Below, piece by piece: positions 29,167 to 38,772 of a stretch of DNA of 51,406 bases. The notes beneath the pieces are model-generated. The model was not told the DNA's origin and searched no databases. It was given only the letters and a program-made list of their open reading frames with translations. Position 1 is the first letter of the stretch. Every line of letters starts with the position of its first letter. The position numbers and the translations under genes are program-made. Source of the DNA: a virus; the IMG/VR virus record IMGVR_UViG_3300049811_000206, positions 1-51,406 of that record, one strand, 5' to 3'.

Positions 29167-31428
29167 ATGGGCCTTTTCAACCGCACAAAGCCCCAGCACA
29201 CCGAACCCGAAGCCAAAGAAGTGGAACGCATGGACGATGCAACGGGGGCTTCTGACGTGTCCGTGCGCATTGAAGCGGCCATGAAAAAAAGCCTGACTTA
29301 CGCCAATTATGAAGCCTGGGACGTAGGCAATGAAAACGGCGGAATGTTCGGGCAGGAATTCGATATTAAAACCACGGCTGGCCGGATCAAGGCGCTATAC
29401 ACGCGCGAACCGTGGATATACACAACCGCGTCTTTGATTGCGCGAACGCTGGCCGGTGTGCCTATGAAGGTGTATCGCACGGGCACAGAGGATTGGGTGA
29501 AAGATCACCCGTTGCAAAAGCTGATTGTCTCGGGCAATCGGATGCAAGATGGAATGAGCCGTGTTTGGGCTGGAAACTTGGACCTTGTGCTTGGCGGCAA
29601 TTGCTTCCTTGTGCTTGACGCTGGTTTCCGCGAAGTGGTGCACACGCCTGTTGAGTATTGCAGCCTGAACATGCCCGAAACGCCGAACACTGCGCCAAGC
29701 CTTACGGTGTGGAATCCCCAGCAAGGGAAAGCCAAAGCCACGGTTGACGTGCAGCATTACATTCACCTTAAATTGCCAAACCCGTTCAATCCCTATTGGG
29801 GCCTGTCCCCGTTCGCGGCTGCCGCGCGGCCCATACTTCTTGACCGCTACAAGAATGAATTCGAAATGGCGTTTTATTTGCGCGGGTGCACGAATTCCGG
29901 CGTGATTGAAACCACCGAAGATTTGTCACGCACGCGCATGGAACGCTTAATGCGCACGTTTGAAAATGCGTTCACGGGAAAGGCTAATTGGTGGCGTACG
30001 CTGTTCCTGCCGAAGGGTGCAAAGTGGGTGAATTCTTCTCTGTCCATGTCGGACATGGAACACTTGGAAGGCTTGAAAGAAAATCGCCGAACCATTTTGG
30101 CGGTGCTTGGTATCCCGCCCGCTATGGTCGGTTTCGTGGAAGATGTGAACCGCTCCAATAGTGAGGAACAGACGAAGACGTTTTGGGAAAACACAATCAA
30201 ACCCACCGCCTGGTTTTGGTGCGCTGGGTGGAACAACAGCTATCTGTTCAAAAACGTGTATGGCGGCCAATACGAAGTGCGCCCCGATTTCAGCGACGTG
30301 GAAGCCTTACAAGGCAGCGTGATTACCAAGGGCGAACAATCCAAGGCAATGGCCCCCTATTTCTTCATTGACGAAATCCGCTCCAAGGTTTGGAAGGAAG
30401 CCCCGTTGCCCAATGGTGCCGGGCAAAAGATTGCGTCAACCTCGCCAGCGGCCAGCGGAAGCGGCAACCTTTCCCTTGCGGCCCCGCAAGATGCACCCCC
30501 TGGGGAAGCGCCGCCCACGTCAGAGATGCAGACGGTTTCGGACGAAGTGCAGGCGGAAGCCGTGCGCGTGCAGGAAGTGGCCACAACAAAGGCCACGGCA
30601 ATCAATAGCCAAAACAGACTTGAAGACAAGCTTGGCAATGACTTTGAAAAAGGGTTCAACGCCTACTTGGACAAGCTTCTTTCCCAAGCGGAAAAGGCTT
30701 TGAAGGAACACCGGGACGTTACCAAATACCTCAAGGCGTTTGTTAGTGAGCGCAAGGTGTTTTATTGGGATCAAGTGAAGTCCACACTTGAACGCGCCAT
30801 GGATCGGGGCTTTAGCATGTCAAACGGCCAAACCAAGCGCATGCAGTCAGGCGTTCGGATCAAGGCCAGCGTGTCCACGGCGTTCACGGAAGCCGACCGG
30901 CAGGCCATTGACGTGTTGCGTGAGAAGACACGGGACGAACAACGCAAGGTATTGGCCAAGCGCGGATTGTCCGTGTTCGAAGGCTTTGACGAAAAGCACA
31001 CCGAACAAATCATGCAGGTGATTGAAAATGGGTTGGCCTCGGGCCTCGCACAATCGGAAATCGCCAGCCGGTTGAAGTCAGACTTTGGCGAAGCCTACCC
31101 GAATCAAAGCCGCACGATTGTGCGCACCGAAACCTTGTCAGCTGTTAGCGTTGGAATGAAGTGGCACCAGGATGTTCTTGGCGAAGTATTCACCAAGGTC
31201 CAAAAGCAATGGTTGTCCCAGGATGACGAACACGTGCGCCCGGATCATAAGGAATTCGATTCCCTTGGCGTGGTGGCTGATGACTACCAGTATGCTGAAG
31301 GATTGCCCTACCCCCGCGCCTATGGTGCGGCCCCGGAACAGGCTATCAATTGCCGTTGCACCCTAATCAACGTCATTCCTGATGACAGCGCAAGCCGGGC
31401 TGATGTTATACTTGATACAGAAATTTAA
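29167..31428 (+). CDS. Portal protein fused to a Mu F-like (SPP1 gp7-type) minor head protein domain
   Basis: The N-terminal roughly 400 aa are portal-like (YTREPWIYTTASLIARTLAGVPMKVYR...). The C-terminus has RTIVRTETLSAV...WLSQDDEHVRPDHKEFDSLG...INCRCTL, the MuF-domain signature. Confidence 0.85.
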   Translation: MGLFNRTKPQHTEPEAKEVERMDDATGASDVSVRIEAAMKKSLTYANYEAWDVGNENGGMFGQEFDIKTTAGRIKALYTREPWIYTTASLIARTLAGVPMKVYRTGTEDWVKDHPLQKLIVSGNRMQDGMSRVWAGNLDLVLGGNCFLVLDAGFREVVHTPVEYCSLNMPETPNTAPSLTVWNPQQGKAKATVDVQHYIHLKLPNPFNPYWGLSPFAAAARPILLDRYKNEFEMAFYLRGCTNSGVIETTEDLSRTRMERLMRTFENAFTGKANWWRTLFLPKGAKWVNSSLSMSDMEHLEGLKENRRTILAVLGIPPAMVGFVEDVNRSNSEEQTKTFWENTIKPTAWFWCAGWNNSYLFKNVYGGQYEVRPDFSDVEALQGSVITKGEQSKAMAPYFFIDEIRSKVWKEAPLPNGAGQKIASTSPAASGSGNLSLAAPQDAPPGEAPPTSEMQTVSDEVQAEAVRVQEVATTKATAINSQNRLEDKLGNDFEKGFNAYLDKLLSQAEKALKEHRDVTKYLKAFVSERKVFYWDQVKSTLERAMDRGFSMSNGQTKRMQSGVRIKASVSTAFTEADRQAIDVLREKTRDEQRKVLAKRGLSVFEGFDEKHTEQIMQVIENGLASGLAQSEIASRLKSDFGEAYPNQSRTIVRTETLSAVSVGMKWHQDVLGEVFTKVQKQWLSQDDEHVRPDHKEFDSLGVVADDYQYAEGLPYPRAYGAAPEQAINCRCTLINVIPDDSASRADVILDTEI

Positions 31429-31445
31429 ATATCGCGGGGGCAATC

Positions 31446-32612
31446 ATGGGAATGCGTATTAGTGAAAGCGAAGCGCTGCGCGTTGGAAAGCGCTTTGATG
31501 CGGTTGGGCAAATTGTAAGCGTGAAAGCTATGGGCAACCAAAAGGGGTATGACCCTGAAGCCCCCCTGGTGATTCGCGGGATTGCCAACAAGAACATGGT
31601 TGACCGTTACGGGGAAGTCTGTAGCCCGGTTGGGTGCGATACCCGAAACTTTATGCTGAACCCCGTGCTTCTCTATAATCATAGTTACGGGTGCCCCATT
31701 GGCCGCGTGACAATGATTCAGCCCGAGGACGACGGTGTGCACTTTGAAGCCGTGATTGGTGACCCAAGCAAGGCCCCTCTGACGCAGGCACAACAGGAAG
31801 TGCGCAGCCTGGTGGCTCAAGGAATCCTGAAAGCCGTTTCCATTGGCTTCATTCCGAACAAAATCAAGCAACCCGTCTTCAGCACAAACGGCGAATTGTC
31901 GGAACCGGCTGTGATTGAACAATGGGAATTGCTGGAATTGTCCGTTGTGGCCGTTCCTTGCAACCCTGAAAGCATTTTCGATTTGAAAAACATGGGCTTG
32001 AATCCGCAGCTTTTGATTGACTTGGCCAAAAAGCTGGGGAATGCTACCATGGAAAATACAACGCAAAAACAGGACACTGGCGCTTGCAAATCTGTGGAAC
32101 AAATTGCCGAAGAATTGGCCCAAGGCAGCATGACCGTGCAGACGTTGATTTTCAGCAAAGACAAATTCAGCGCGGAAACAGCGAAAGCATGGGCAGAAAA
32201 GCACGGATTCAAGAACAGTGACGTGGACGCGGAACCCGCTGATAGCATTAGATTGCGTCAGCGTGACCCGGAAGAATTTGACCAAGAAACTTTTCGCACA
32301 ATCGAATTAACAACGGGTGTTCAGGCGGTTGTGGGGAAACTGAAAAACGCAAAACAGGAAGGGGCCGCCATGGAAGAATTGTTGAAGCAAGTTTTGGAAA
32401 TGCTGACGGGGCTGGTGGAAACGGTCAACACCTTGAAAGCCAAAGTGGACGAAATGACCAAGCCCGAGGACAAACCTGCGGACAATCCCCCCGAAGGCGA
32501 ACCCAAGGAAGACGAAGAAATGAAGGCGCTGAAAGCTGAAGTGGCTTCCCTCAAGGCGCAAATGGAAAAGGTCGGAAAAGTGCTTGAAGTTTTGGTTCAA
32601 AAGCAGTGTTAA
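31446..32612 (+). CDS. HK97-family prohead protease (S78-like) fused to a coiled-coil scaffold-like C-terminal region
   Basis: Protease-like sequence is IRGIANKNMVDRYGEV...NPVLLYNHSYGCPIGRV...AVSIGF. The C-terminal 100 aa are a charged coiled coil (EELLKQVLEMLTGLVETVNTLKAKVDEM...MKALKAEVASLKAQMEKV). Confidence 0.8.
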   Translation: MGMRISESEALRVGKRFDAVGQIVSVKAMGNQKGYDPEAPLVIRGIANKNMVDRYGEVCSPVGCDTRNFMLNPVLLYNHSYGCPIGRVTMIQPEDDGVHFEAVIGDPSKAPLTQAQQEVRSLVAQGILKAVSIGFIPNKIKQPVFSTNGELSEPAVIEQWELLELSVVAVPCNPESIFDLKNMGLNPQLLIDLAKKLGNATMENTTQKQDTGACKSVEQIAEELAQGSMTVQTLIFSKDKFSAETAKAWAEKHGFKNSDVDAEPADSIRLRQRDPEEFDQETFRTIELTTGVQAVVGKLKNAKQEGAAMEELLKQVLEMLTGLVETVNTLKAKVDEMTKPEDKPADNPPEGEPKEDEEMKALKAEVASLKAQMEKVGKVLEVLVQKQC

Positions 32613-32673
32613 GCGCTGCTTTGGTCTAATGGCGGGCCATAGCGCCCAAACACCCTTTTGAAAGGAATGTGCT

Positions 32674-34011
32674 ATGTCGATTGAAAAAGTTTATGACCAG
32701 CTGACCGGCAATCAAGCCCCCGCAGTGATTGGCAAGCCCGTGTTCGAAAAGGACATGGAAATGCTCCGCGCTTGCGGCGTCAAATCCATGGCCGATTTCC
32801 TTGGCCACCGCGAAAGCGGCAATGAAGCCGTCAAGGCGCTGCCGATCAATTTCGGAAGCAAAGCGCACACGTCCATGTTGTCCCACGAAACCCGCATGCG
32901 TTTGTTCCAATTCAAGCAATTGTTCAACGCTGCCGAAATCCAAGCGCAAATCATGACGCGCAGCCTTCAGCCCTCGGTTGAAGCGCTGATGGCCACCCCG
33001 ATTTGGAAGCACCACTTGGAACCCATGTGCAAGGCTTTCAACATTACTGATTTTTCGTCTTGGATTCCCACGGTGAACGCCCGCTTCTATTTCGAAGAAT
33101 TCGAAATTCCGTTCGTGCTCGCCAATGAATTCGACCAACAGCCGATGGATTCTGCCACGGTTCACGTCCCTGGCGTCCTCGGATTGCTGGAAGGCAAAGA
33201 AGAATCCGACAACGCTACGTTTGACGAACAAAGCAACACGTCTTCGGGCTTTGACGTGACCGCACGCGGCAACGTTGTGCACACGAAAATCACGGAAGAC
33301 TTGCAGCTTGATTCGGCCCCCGCGATCATTGAAAAACTGCGCAAAGAAGTGGTTGCCGGTATCGCCCGCAGCTATGAACGCGCCATTTTGAACGGCGACA
33401 CCACGGGCACCCCGCGCGGCGCTTCCCACATGGACAGCGACATTGCCGCCGTGTCCAAGCATTTCAGCAAGGCGTTCAAGGGCATGCGCAAACTGGCGTT
33501 CGACAACAGCGCCAACGGTTCGGTGTATGACCACTTGGGCGACACGGCCAGCAAGGAAATGTTCCGCCAAATGCTGAAGCGCATGGGCAAAATGGGCGTT
33601 GACAAGGCTGACCTTCGCTGGGTTTTGCCGGTCACCGTGTCCACTGACGTTGTGACTGGTGCCATTCCTGAATTGTTCACGGCGTATGCGTTCGGCGGCT
33701 TGGCTTCCAACGTCACCGGCAAATTGCCCCCGATTTTCGGCGTGCAAGGTATCGAAAGCCAATACGCGCGTGAAGACTTGAACGCCACTGGCGTTTATGC
33801 TTCCGGCAGCACGCTGACCAACGTGATTTGCTTCAAGCGCTCGCGCTTTGCCAATTACGTCCGCCAAGCCATTCGCGTTTGGGCCGCTCCGTCACTGCCG
33901 TCCAGTGACATGATGCTCATGACGGCGAAAATGCGTCACGCCTTCGCGGGCAACCCGCAATCGGACAAAGAAAAGTCTGTTGTCATGGCGATCAACGTGG
34001 CCACCGTCTAA
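32674..34011 (+). CDS. Major capsid protein (HK97 fold)
   Basis: GAAAGGAA RBS. It follows the protease/scaffold gene. KLRKEVVAGIARSYERAILNGDTTGTP matches the Phage_capsid pattern (...ailnGdG...). Confidence 0.85.
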   Translation: MSIEKVYDQLTGNQAPAVIGKPVFEKDMEMLRACGVKSMADFLGHRESGNEAVKALPINFGSKAHTSMLSHETRMRLFQFKQLFNAAEIQAQIMTRSLQPSVEALMATPIWKHHLEPMCKAFNITDFSSWIPTVNARFYFEEFEIPFVLANEFDQQPMDSATVHVPGVLGLLEGKEESDNATFDEQSNTSSGFDVTARGNVVHTKITEDLQLDSAPAIIEKLRKEVVAGIARSYERAILNGDTTGTPRGASHMDSDIAAVSKHFSKAFKGMRKLAFDNSANGSVYDHLGDTASKEMFRQMLKRMGKMGVDKADLRWVLPVTVSTDVVTGAIPELFTAYAFGGLASNVTGKLPPIFGVQGIESQYAREDLNATGVYASGSTLTNVICFKRSRFANYVRQAIRVWAAPSLPSSDMMLMTAKMRHAFAGNPQSDKEKSVVMAINVATV

Positions 34012-34031
34012 AGCGGTTGCTGCTTGACTAG

Positions 34032-34078
34032 GCGGCCCCTGTTCCCTGCAAAACGGGGCAGGGGCCGCAACATTTTGG
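34032..34078 (+). terminator. Strong hairpin after the capsid gene
   Basis: GCGGCCCCTG (34032-34041) pairs with CAGGGGCCGC (34059-34068), followed by AACATTTTGGGG. Confidence 0.6.
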
Positions 34079-34085
34079 GGTGTGT

Positions 34086-34406
34086 ATGAAAGTATTTTTG
34101 CTTGAAGTATTCGGTGCAAGCTACCCGTTGCGAATCACGCAGCTGGGAAGCTGCCAACCGCTCGCAAACGGCACACGCCTGCGCGTGTCCGAAGGGCTTA
34201 TGAATGCCCTCACCAATGGGCCTTTCGCGGCCCACCTGCGCATGATTGAATCCGGTGTATCCAACACTGACCTTGCAAACGGCGCGTGGGAATTGGTGAA
34301 TAGTCCAGCCGCCCAACCGGCTGCAACCGACCTTGAAAACGTGGCACAAAACATGAGCATGGCCGGAAAGCCCGGAAGGCGACAAAAAACCAAACACCTG
34401 GGGTAA
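34086..34406 (+). CDS. Hypothetical protein (between capsid and connector genes)
   Basis: 106-aa ORF starting at ATG 34086. Confidence 0.5.
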   Translation: MKVFLLEVFGASYPLRITQLGSCQPLANGTRLRVSEGLMNALTNGPFAAHLRMIESGVSNTDLANGAWELVNSPAAQPAATDLENVAQNMSMAGKPGRRQKTKHLG

Positions 34407-34409
34407 CCA

Positions 34410-35021
34410 ATGTCAGCAATTATTTCATTGAATGAAGCGAAAGCGTGGCTTGGCATTGACGCCGGGAACACGTCCCAGGACAGCAATTTGCAAATCATGA
34501 TTGACGCTGTGGATGCGGTAATCAAAGACTACACGGAAGCCGAATTCAGCCCGCAAGCCGTCAACGGGGAAATCATGGACGGAACCCGAAGTGACACGCT
34601 TGTGCCGCGTAACAGCCCAATCATTTCCGTGCAGCAAATCACCACGGACGTGGCTTGGGGGTTGGGTGGAAACGTGCTTGACCCTTCTGAATATTTTGTT
34701 GCCGATGACAAGGCGGCTATTTTGCTGCGCTGGCGCACCACTCCGAAGGGAAGGGGCACCGTGCTTGTCAATTACACGTGGGGTTATGCGTCTGTTCCCG
34801 GGCCGGTGAAACAAGCCGCGCTTTTGTCGGTTGAAGCCATGTATCACAGGAAGGCACGCAAAAGCATTGGGGTGTCCTCGCGCAGCAAGGAAGGCGAAAG
34901 CGAAAGCTTTCCGACCGCGTGGAACATGGAAAACGGATTGCCCAAGGAAGCCATGGCGTTGCTTGTCCCATATCGAAGCCTTGAATTCCCTGTGACCAAC
35001 ACGGCGCAAAGGAACGTTTAA
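34410..35021 (+). CDS. Head-tail connector (gp6-like) protein
   Basis: MSAIISLNEAKAWLGID...LQIMIDAVDAVIKDYT and GYASVPGPVKQAALLSVEAMYHRK match the gp6-like connector pattern. Confidence 0.75.
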   Translation: MSAIISLNEAKAWLGIDAGNTSQDSNLQIMIDAVDAVIKDYTEAEFSPQAVNGEIMDGTRSDTLVPRNSPIISVQQITTDVAWGLGGNVLDPSEYFVADDKAAILLRWRTTPKGRGTVLVNYTWGYASVPGPVKQAALLSVEAMYHRKARKSIGVSSRSKEGESESFPTAWNMENGLPKEAMALLVPYRSLEFPVTNTAQRNV

Positions 35022-35024
35022 CGC

Positions 35025-35738
35025 ATGGCCACAATCATGGAAATGCGCGAATTGAAGGGCTACTTGGATGGCTTGCGTCAGGCTTCCCAGCGGGGGGCTG
35101 TGGTGGGCCTGATGGAAGCCGTCAATTTTGGGTTGGCGGAAGCCAAGAAAAACGCGCGTTCCAATTTCACAGGCCGCTGGGGTTACCGCAAAACAGGGGC
35201 GCTTTTGAATTCCATTTTTGCGGGTTTCGATATGGAAAACCCGGCAAACCTCGAAGGCGTCATTGGTGTGCGGGCCAACAAGGGCCGCAATACTGAAGAC
35301 GGGGAAACCAAACCCTACGGGCGCATTCAAGAATACGGTGGCGAAATCAAGCCCGTGAAGGCCAAGTGGCTGTGGCAACCGCTTTGGGATCGGCGGCCAA
35401 GCTTCCTTCGCTTCATTTCCCCCCGTCAATTCATTGCGCAAATGCGTTCCTATCCGCAGCAATTCGCAATTATTCCGACCCATGACGGTATGGGGCGCGT
35501 AGCCGTTTGGCAGGGTTCCACCAAAGCCGTCAAGCTGGGGGACAAACAGCGCACTTTCGCAGCCGCGCGGGAACGGGCACAGGCCAAGCGTGAAAATATC
35601 TATCCATTGTTCCTGTTGCGTAAGCGCACAGTAATCCCACCCAGGCCATACGTCACCCCTGCGGCTCAGGAAGCCGGGCGGCGCATGCCGGGCATGATTT
35701 TGAAACGTATTCTTGAACAGCAAGGGAAACAGCGATGA
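35025..35738 (+). CDS. HK97 gp10-like head-tail joining protein
   Basis: ...KTGALLNSIF...YGRIQEYGGEI..., plus its position after the connector gene. Confidence 0.65.
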   Translation: MATIMEMRELKGYLDGLRQASQRGAVVGLMEAVNFGLAEAKKNARSNFTGRWGYRKTGALLNSIFAGFDMENPANLEGVIGVRANKGRNTEDGETKPYGRIQEYGGEIKPVKAKWLWQPLWDRRPSFLRFISPRQFIAQMRSYPQQFAIIPTHDGMGRVAVWQGSTKAVKLGDKQRTFAAARERAQAKRENIYPLFLLRKRTVIPPRPYVTPAAQEAGRRMPGMILKRILEQQGKQR

Positions 35739-36202
35739 CTTACGCAAGCACGCGCACCCAAATCCTGTATGCGCTCCGTGACCGCCTGGCGTTGGTGAAA
35801 ACAAGCAACGGTTGGCCGGTGACGGTCAATAGTATTTTCGTGGACGAAATCCCAATGGGGCTTGACTTGGAACCCCACCAGCTTCCCGCGTTGATTGTCA
35901 TGGATGACAACGACATGTTCCGGCACGAACACCAAGCGCTTGATTGCGCTTGGAAAATTGAGATACAGTTAGTTCTTGAAAAATGCCCTGACAGCACGGT
36001 GCACGAATTGGCCCGGAATATTCTGAAGGCAATCTTTGCCGGGACGCCCACCGGGGAAACAAATGGCGGTTTCCGTTTCCACCCTGCCGTTACGTGGGTT
36101 GAATTGCAGGCGATGCACAGTGATTTGCACATGATAGAAGCTAACAGGATGGCAAGCATTGATTTGGTGATACACTATAGAACAAAACCATGGAATTTGT
36201 GA
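35735..36202 (+). CDS. Probable neck / tail-completion protein
   Basis: ATGA overlap at 35735-35738. 155 aa. Its position between the gp10-like and tail tube genes supports the call. MTYASTRTQILYALRDRLA...LPALIVMDD is reminiscent of DUF3168-type proteins. Confidence 0.55.
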   Translation: MTYASTRTQILYALRDRLALVKTSNGWPVTVNSIFVDEIPMGLDLEPHQLPALIVMDDNDMFRHEHQALDCAWKIEIQLVLEKCPDSTVHELARNILKAIFAGTPTGETNGGFRFHPAVTWVELQAMHSDLHMIEANRMASIDLVIHYRTKPWNL

Positions 36203-36213
36203 GGGGGTAGGAA

Positions 36214-36579
36214 ATGAAATTTGTCTTGGCACTATTGCTTGGAACCATGTGCGCGTCAAATATTGCATTGGCGCAATACAACATGCGCGTGGGCAAGCAA
36301 TCCTTCGCCCACGCTACCGTGGGAACAACCGCCCAATTAGCCATTGCCTCGGGATCGGTTGGAAACGGTCCCCTTCACTTTTCCGTCTGCCACGATGCGG
36401 CTTCAGCGTCCACCTTCTTGGCTGTTGGTTTGGCGGCTGACCCATTGACGGATGGCCAACGCCTGGCACCAGGCCAATGCTATGCGTGCGTTTATTGTTC
36501 CGAAAAAGTGCTGAAAGCGTTGCGCGTTGTTGGCCAAGCGGCTGGCACGGGCTACAGCGTCAACCAACAATTGCCGTAA
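36214..36579 (+). CDS. Secreted small protein with the shared C-terminal module
   Basis: GAGGGGG RBS. The Sec-type signal is MKFVLALLLGTMCASNIALA/QY. The C-terminus is LHFSVCHDAASASTFLAVGLAADPLTDGQRLAPGQCYACVY...ALRVVGQAAGTGYSVNQQ. Confidence 0.65.
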   Translation: MKFVLALLLGTMCASNIALAQYNMRVGKQSFAHATVGTTAQLAIASGSVGNGPLHFSVCHDAASASTFLAVGLAADPLTDGQRLAPGQCYACVYCSEKVLKALRVVGQAAGTGYSVNQQLP

Positions 36580-36604
36580 CAACCGGCACACGAAAGGAAG
36601 CACC

Positions 36605-38197
36605 ATGAAATTCCGCTCCAAGGTCAATTTCGCGCAAGTGTATGCCGGGGACAAGCAAGGCTTCAACCTGGGCCTTGATTCCAGCATTTTCCTGCGCAAG
36701 GAAACAACACCCCGCACATTCAACGCCCCGCGCGTTGGAACGCAAGGAAAAAGCGTTTCTGGCGCTACGCCAAGCACCGATATTTCGGCGGGAACAGACA
36801 ACGCTTTGAAGGTTGCCGTGCATGGCGAAACCCCGCTGACGGTCACCTTGACGGTTGCCGGATTGAACACGGGTGCTTTGATTGCTGCCGCCCTTGAAAC
36901 TGCGATCAATGCGGCGCTGTTGGCCGCTGGAAGTGACAACCGGGTTTGGTGTCAGTTTGCCGCTGGCAAGTATGAAGTTTATGACCAATCCACGGGCGCG
37001 GCGTCTGCCGTTGCGATCACAGACGCGGACACCAACAACGTGGCCGATGCGCTGAAGCTAGGCACTCTGAACGGCGGAACCGAAACCGCTGGCACCGATG
37101 ACCAAGACTTTTTGCTTATCACCACGGGCGGGCCGAAGTTTGAACAGCCCATTGAAACCAACGCCCACCGCTCGGGCCGCTTCCATTCTGGAATCATCAA
37201 AAAGAAAATGATGGCCGAATACGACATGGAAACCTATGTCAACATGTTCGGCAGCGCGGGCGCTTCCTTGGACAACGCCGTGCGCTTGTTGTTCGAAAAT
37301 GCTTTCGGCAATGAAGCCGTCAACGCTGGCGTTTCGATTGACTACACCCAAGGGTTGCCAAGCTTCTATTTCAGCCTGGCGCGTGTTTCCACGATTTTCG
37401 GGGAATATTATACCGGCTGTTACGCCAAGGAATTGGGTTTCACCTTCCCGGGCGATGGCCCCGCTACCGTCAAGCATTCCGGCAAGGCGGCCAAGGCGCT
37501 TATCGCGGGCCTTGCGCAAACGTCTGCCGCGTCAAATGCTTCCGCCGTGGTCACCCTGGTGGCTGGCGAAGAAAACCGCTACACGGTTGGCGCACCTGTC
37601 ATGCTGGTGGACACCGATGGCCGAACCGTTTTGGCGGGTGTTGATGGCAGCCTGACCGTTGCAAGCATTGACGAATTGGCCCACACGTTGACCCTTTCGG
37701 GTGTTGTCACCTGCGGAACGGGCGCTTTCGTGACGCCGTGGCATCCTGGTGCGGTGCAACAAACGGGACGTGACAATGTTTTCACGGACCTTGTTGGTAG
37801 CATTAAACTGCGCCAAGGCGGGGCTTCGCTTGACGTGACGAACATTGGCCTGACCTGCACCAATGACACCGTGGACCTTGACAACATTTATGGCGCGGAC
37901 GCCAACAAGGGCGGCGTGTATGGCAACCGGGCCACGCATACCCTTTCGGTGACCTTCAACCTGTCCAATGAAAACTTCGCGGAAATCGTCTTGGCGCGGA
38001 AGTTTGCCGGGTTGTCCCCTGAAATCATCCTCGGGGATGCGGCTGGCCGTCACCTGCGCATTCGTGCCCCGAAGTGGCTGCCTGCGGTTCCTGCCGTTGA
38101 AGTGCCGGAAAATGGCGTCACTCCTGTCACGCTTGAGGGTATCTTGTATGAAAGCGCCCCTGGACAGCGTGACCCGATTGAAATTTCATTCCGTTAA
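36605..38197 (+). CDS. Major tail (tube) protein, large form
   Basis: AAAGGAAG RBS. It lies immediately before the chaperone/frameshift pair and the tape measure, and is followed by a strong terminator. 530 aa. Confidence 0.7.
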   Translation: MKFRSKVNFAQVYAGDKQGFNLGLDSSIFLRKETTPRTFNAPRVGTQGKSVSGATPSTDISAGTDNALKVAVHGETPLTVTLTVAGLNTGALIAAALETAINAALLAAGSDNRVWCQFAAGKYEVYDQSTGAASAVAITDADTNNVADALKLGTLNGGTETAGTDDQDFLLITTGGPKFEQPIETNAHRSGRFHSGIIKKKMMAEYDMETYVNMFGSAGASLDNAVRLLFENAFGNEAVNAGVSIDYTQGLPSFYFSLARVSTIFGEYYTGCYAKELGFTFPGDGPATVKHSGKAAKALIAGLAQTSAASNASAVVTLVAGEENRYTVGAPVMLVDTDGRTVLAGVDGSLTVASIDELAHTLTLSGVVTCGTGAFVTPWHPGAVQQTGRDNVFTDLVGSIKLRQGGASLDVTNIGLTCTNDTVDLDNIYGADANKGGVYGNRATHTLSVTFNLSNENFAEIVLARKFAGLSPEIILGDAAGRHLRIRAPKWLPAVPAVEVPENGVTPVTLEGILYESAPGQRDPIEISFR

Positions 38198-38221
38198 TAG
38201 TTCAGCCTGTTCATGACTTTT

Positions 38222-38256
38222 GGCCCCCTTGGTATTCCCAGGGGGGCCTTTTTTTG
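38222..38256 (+). terminator. Rho-independent terminator after the tail tube gene
   Basis: GGCCCCCTTGG pairs with CCAGGGGGGCC, followed by TTTTTTT (38249-38255). Confidence 0.8.
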
Positions 38257-38273
38257 TTACTGTTGAACAAAAT
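38257..38273. promoter_or_regulatory. 17-bp palindromic element, copy 6 (TTACTGTTGAACAAAAT)
   Basis: It directly abuts the terminator T-run and lies 22 nt upstream of ATG 38296. Confidence 0.55.
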
Positions 38274-38295
38274 TCAACCCAAGGGGGCTTGCGCT

Positions 38296-38772
38296 ATGGC
38301 TATCATGAATGTTGTGGAACGTCCGTTGAACGCGGTGCAAATTGTTTCCCGAATTGACGATGCGATTGACCACGCTTCCAGCGATTGGGAAAAGTATGAC
38401 GAAACCCTTGACATGGCGCACCTGAAGCTTGTTTCGGGGAAACACCCGACCGTGTTTCTGTGCAATTTTGAATTGTCTGCAAAGGATAGGGCCAGCGTGC
38501 AAAACGCCATGCTTACCGGAACGGACGAAGACGGAAAACCCAAGGTTGGCCTCGGAAGCTGGCAACTTTCCGTTACGCGAATGGTGCTTAAAGATATTCA
38601 AAACCCGGACTATGTGCCGGAAGCAAGCCGCCTTGTGTATAAAATGGACGGCAACCGCCACGCTGATGACCGGACGCTGAACCAATTGAGCCGCCTGGGT
38701 ATCGTCCAAGAAGTCTTCAACCATTACATTCGGCACACCGAAAAAGCGCATATCCGCGAAGCAAAAAACTGA
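38296..38772 (+). CDS. Tail assembly chaperone (gpG-like)
   Basis: AAGGGGG RBS. It lies between the tail tube and tape measure genes and ends at slippery AAAAAAC followed by TGA. Confidence 0.8.
   Translation: MAIMNVVERPLNAVQIVSRIDDAIDHASSDWEKYDETLDMAHLKLVSGKHPTVFLCNFELSAKDRASVQNAMLTGTDEDGKPKVGLGSWQLSVTRMVLKDIQNPDYVPEASRLVYKMDGNRHADDRTLNQLSRLGIVQEVFNHYIRHTEKAHIREAKN

Noticed and set aside
32626-33867. 413-aa minus-strand ORF antisense to the capsid gene. Similar long antisense ORFs lie at 34425..35804 (459 aa), 31425..32285 (286 aa), 5389..6348 (319 aa) and 10582..11229 (215 aa, plus strand, antisense to the minus-strand gene 10576..11409).
   Set aside because: These are shadow ORFs opposite genes with clear family motifs. 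Their composition is skewed (Arg/Gly/His/Phe-rich), they have no RBS, and they do not fit the strand-consistent operon structure.
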